Below, one piece after another: positions 60,401 to 64,000 of a stretch of 64,000 nucleotides of DNA. Position 1 is the stretch's first letter, and each line of letters opens with the position of its first letter. The stretch spans positions 248,001-312,000 of the forward strand of contig NIVC01001014.1 in the NCBI GenBank assembly GCA_002269645.1, read 5' to 3'. The notes beneath the pieces were generated by a model. It saw only the letters and a list, made by a program, of their open reading frames with translations, had not been told where the DNA came from and did no database searches. The stretch is from Macrostomum lignano. Lineage: Eukaryota. The position numbers and the translations under genes are program-made.

Positions 60401-62359
60401 GTCTTTGTTACTGCTTCTTTGTTACTGTGTCTTTGTTACTGTGTCTGTCACTGTCTTGTCATTGTGTCTTTCACTGTGTCTTTTTACTGTGTCTTTCACT
60501 GTGTCTTAGTTACTGTGTCTTTTTACTGTCTTTGTTACTGTGACAGTCACAGTGTCTTCGCTGCAGTGTCAGTCACGCTGTCCTGGTGATAGTCACTAGG
60601 TGATTGGTGATGCAAGGAGCTAGATTATCAGTGGTGCAGGGAGCGAGTGATACAAGAAGTAGGAATTTTTCAGATACTTTATCTTAATTTATGATAAAAC
60701 TAGCAAAAATGTTGCAGAAAAAAAAGTGACTTTATATCGTGAACTTAAGTACAGACTCGGAAGCCTAATCCTCAAGTTCAGACGTGCCAGAGATGCCGCA
60801 GTATACGAGGCTGGAGACTCGCCGCCGCAGTGCACTGAGATAATGAGATTGCTAAGTCCCGGCCTAGCTTAGGAATACCACGCTGAGCCTCGTGACCTGG
60901 AATAATTTACTTTTTTATGCGCAACCCCGGCGGCCTCAGATGATCGAGTTTTGGCTGAAAAGTTATCTCAAGTCATACCGCTTTGCTCATGGATGCTGAC
61001 TTGGCTAAGTTAACACAGCTCCCTACCCACTCTACTGAGCCAGCATCCGCTCCCTCCCCACTCTACTGAGCCAGCATCCGCTCCCTCCCCACTCTATCTA
61101 ACCAGCATCCGCTCCCTCCCCACTCTATCCAACCAGCGTCCACTCCCTCCCCACTCTACCGAACCAGCATCCGCTCCCTACCCACTCTGCCGAGCCAGCA
61201 TCCGCTCCCTCCCCACTCTATCAAACCAGCATCCGCTCCCTCCCCACTCTACTGAGCCAGCATCCGCTCCCTCCCCACTCTGCCGAGCCAGCATCCGCTC
61301 CCTCCCCACTCTATCAAACCAGCATCCGCTCCCTCCCCACTCTACCGAGCCAGCATCCGCCCCTCCCCACTCTACCGAGCCAGCATCCGCTCTCCCCACT
61401 CTATCAAACCAGCATCCGCTCCCTCCCCACTCTACCGAGCCAGCATCCGCCCCTCCCCACTCTACCGAGCCAGCATCCGCTCTCCCCACTCTATCAAACC
61501 AGCATCCGCTCCCTCCCCACTCTACCGAGCCAGCATCCGCTCTCCCCACTCTACCAAGCCAGCATCCGCTCCCTACCTTCAATACAGGACTGCGGTCGCG
61601 ACCTTGGCGGCGGCAACTTTTACGACCTGTCTGGGCGGCCGTACTGCGAGCAGCATTACCATACCAGGCGGGGCACCCTGTGCGTGGCCTGCGAAAGAGC
61701 CATCACCAGCCGCTGCATCACCGCTATGGGGCGCAAATTTCATCCGGAATGCTTCAAGTGCGCCTTCTGCAACAAGCAGCTCAGCCAGGGAACTTTTAAG
61801 GTAATTCTTTCTTAACAGTGTTTGTGTCTTTGTGTACAAATGCACTACATGGTGTACAAATGCACTACAGGTTGTATAAATGCAGTACAGGGTGTACAAA
61901 TGCAGTAAAGAGTTTACAAATGCCGTACAGGGTGTACAAATGCAGTACAGGGTGTACAAATGCCGTACAGGGTGTACAAATGCAGTACAGGGTGTAAAAA
62001 TTCAGTACAGGGTGTAAAAATGCAGTACAGGGTGTACAAATGCAGTACAGGGTGTACAAATGCAGTACAGGGTGTACAAATCCCGTACAGGGTGCGCAAA
62101 TTCAGTGCAGCCTATTCCAAACACCATTGTGAAGAACTGCAATTGTTTATTGCCAGCCAAGCAATTTCTCTCTTCTGTTGTGCCGTAACTCGTGACCTGT
62201 GCGTTTTGTTGCATCTCACAATATGCTGCATTTTGTTGCTGCTTCTGACATTCTCCAAGGTAACTAACTCTGTACTACACCCACACTCCGCTATTGCAGG
62301 AAAAAGAGAGCAAGCCCTATTGCAGCGACTGCTACGGGAAATTGTTTAGCAAAAAGTGA
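54430..62359 (+). CDS. PXN: Paxillin-family LIM adaptor (3 LD-like motifs + 4 LIM domains), 9 coding exons, 395 aa
   Basis: Exons 54430-54442, 56030-56112, 56436-56532, 56850-56886, 57781-57838, 58785-59000, 59856-60266, 61588-61800 and 62300-62359 splice in frame (1188 nt). LD-like motifs [22 protein letters not shown] and [12 protein letters not shown]. Four LIM domains: [48 protein letters not shown] and [29 protein letters not shown] at 62400. Confidence 0.93.
54848..55496. mobile_element. MITE with CCATAG termini and 8-bp TSD in paxillin intron 1
   Basis: TIR CCATAGTGCGGAAGGA / TCTTTCTGCACTATGG; TSD CTTATCTA at 54840-54847 and 55497-55504; internal (G)TACGACAG/TATGACAG repeats. Confidence 0.85.
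57070..57660. repeat. Intronic minisatellite, ~18-20 bp unit (CCTAAGCTTCACAATCC)
   Basis: About 30 tandem copies. Confidence 0.93.
58260..58560. repeat. Polypyrimidine low-complexity tract (CTCTC/CTCTT)n
   Basis: Almost purine-free strand; source of the spurious SLLSSP and ERRGE ORFs. Confidence 0.9.
59040..59700. repeat. TG-rich degenerate ~20-bp minisatellite with 60-bp higher-order copies
   Basis: GTGTGTTTATGTGTTTAT core; a 60-bp block repeats at ~59180, ~59240 and ~59300. Confidence 0.85.
60270..60560. repeat. ~14-bp degenerate repeat (GTCACTGTGTCTTT) starting at a paxillin splice donor
   Basis: Begins within GTGAGTCACTGTGTC of the donor at 60267. Confidence 0.88.
61020..61575. repeat. 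Intronic minisatellite, ~30-bp unit (CCCACTCTACCGAGCCAGCATCCGCTCCCT)
   Basis: About 18 copies ending ~12 bp before the acceptor at 61587. Confidence 0.93.
61840..62110. repeat. Intronic minisatellite, 20-bp unit (GTACAGGGTGTACAAATGCA)
   Basis: About 13 copies in the last paxillin intron. Confidence 0.92.
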
Positions 62360-62531
62360 ACCAATATTCAATATTCAACATTCTATGCCCTGCTTTGGTA
62401 ATAAATAATGACACTTTTCTATTACTATATTATCTGTGTGTAAAAATTTGCCGGAAATTTATCATATTCCTTATCGTCGCTGTTCTGTAAGTTTCCCTGC
62501 TTTTTAAACATTTATAGATTCTAAACTACTG

Positions 62532-62905
62532 CGGTAGAGTGGGTAGGGAGCGGATGCTGGCACAGCACAGAGTGGGTAGGGAGCGGATGCTGGGCACTGT
62601 ACAGAGTGGGTAGGGAGCGGATGCTGGGCACTGTACAGAGTGGATAGGGAGCGGATGCTGGGCACTGTACAGAGTGGGTAGGGAGCGGATGCTGGCACAG
62701 CACAGAGAAGGTAGGCAGCGGATGCTGTCACAACACAGAATGGTTAGGCAGCGGATGCTAGGCACTGTACAGAGTGGGTAGGGAGCGGATGCTGGCACAG
62801 CACAGAGTGGGTAGGGAGCGGATGCTGGCACAGCACAGAGTGGGTAGGGAGCGGATGCTGGCACAACACAGAGTGGGTAGGGAGCGGATGCTGGCACAGC
62901 ACAGA
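62532..62905. repeat. Minisatellite, 33-35 bp unit (AGAGTGGGTAGGGAGCGGATGCTGGCACAGCAC), inverted relative of the 61020 array
   Basis: About 11 copies downstream of the paxillin polyA signal. Confidence 0.93.
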
Positions 62906-63399
62906 TTTAGGAGGCAGCACTATTAATTTAACGACTCAGAAACATTTTGATTTAATCTATTCTGCCTAATATTGTTCTTGACACGCACTCAGTTTTTTTA
63001 AGGTAGCGTAATGGCTTTCAACAGTAATCAAATCACCTGATACTTCATGGAGGTAATTTTTCGTTAAAGCAGCTTCTCATTGTGAAGAAGTATGTCAACT
63101 TGACTAAATATCAACTGACAGAGCCGGAAGCGAACGATAATCTGTCATTTTCTGGCATTGAAATTTTAACTTTTGTGTCCTTTTATGGTCGCTAAATATG
63201 AAAATCAAGCATATCAATAAAATTTGGATCGTCTTTGTATCCATCTGCAGATTCATTTTTACTGTTTGCTGTTTTCTTTTTTTCTAACTGCGTCTGTTTT
63301 GGCATTGTGTCTACTGTTATTTATTTCAATGTTAACAGACAGGCTGATTAGTTCAATCAGTGCGTGAAATCCAGCATTTCATTCGGTACGGGCTTGGCA

Positions 63400-63570
63400 G
63401 ACTGACAGACAGACAGACAGACAGACAGACACTAAGACAGACACACAGACAGACACACAGACAGACAGACACACAGACACACAGACAGACAGACACACAG
63501 ACACACAGACAGACAGGAAGACAGACAGACAGACACACAGACAGACAGACAGACAGACACAGGCAGTCAG
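63400..63570. repeat. (ACAG)n/(AC)n compound microsatellite
   Basis: Runs of GACA interrupted by CACA. Confidence 0.95.
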
Positions 63571-64000
63571 ATCGAGAGAGAAACTGGCAGGCAGGCAGGC
63601 GTGCACTCTGGCATCAGTTTGGCTCTAATTGGAAGCAGAGAAAGAGCAGTCTGCACTCTGCAGCATGCAAATGGCGTCACAGCAAGTGCTCTCATCTCCC
63701 CATACCGTATGTTGTCAACTTATTCTCGTGGCGACTGCGAAATTCTGTTAAACCCTCCAGATCGCGGACTTCTCTAAGCTTCACTTGGTGCCCTCTAGTC
63801 TTATCAGTTTGCGGACTCTCCCTCTCTCTCCATGGGTCTTGCCGAGGTTGCTAATTAATTATGGGCCAAGCTAATTATGGGAACAGGACCCTGCAGTAGC
63901 GTCTTTTCGCTGCCAAGTCCCCTAGCGGTCTCCTACTGTCTCTTTCTGTCTCTAATCCCTACATTTCTCCATTCACCCCGTGATCGGATCGGTGTTAATC

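Noticed and set aside
63360-63854. 164-aa ORF with TDRQ repeats
   Set aside because: Driven by an (ACAG)n microsatellite, starts at GTG and has no recognisable domain.

Overview
Eukaryotic (metazoan) genomic DNA: GC-rich exons separated by AT-rich introns packed with minisatellites. The style suggests a free-living flatworm such as Macrostomum, but this is inference and was not checked. Six host genes were reconstructed by hand. Five are spliced: a TFCP2/LSF-family transcription factor (minus strand, 3' end runs off the window), SPATA4-like (plus), 14-3-3 epsilon (minus), UBE2H (minus) and paxillin (plus, head-to-head with UBE2H). The sixth is an intronless, divergent PP1-like phosphatase (minus). 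UBE2H intron 1 carries U12-type (minor spliceosome) signals. Mobile DNA is abundant. It includes a full-length piggyBac with an intact transposase inside a TFCP2 intron, and an internally deleted Mag-like Ty3/Gypsy element with apparently identical LTRs and a 5-bp TSD. There is also a probable solo LTR ending in three PBS-like units, a Penelope-like inverted insertion carrying a type I hammerhead ribozyme, and a three-level nest of DNA transposons. Several MITEs with exact TSDs, Helitron-like 3' ends and SINE fragments are present, along with about 20 distinct tandem arrays. No CRISPR, rRNA or intact tRNA gene was found. All coordinates and alignments were read by eye.
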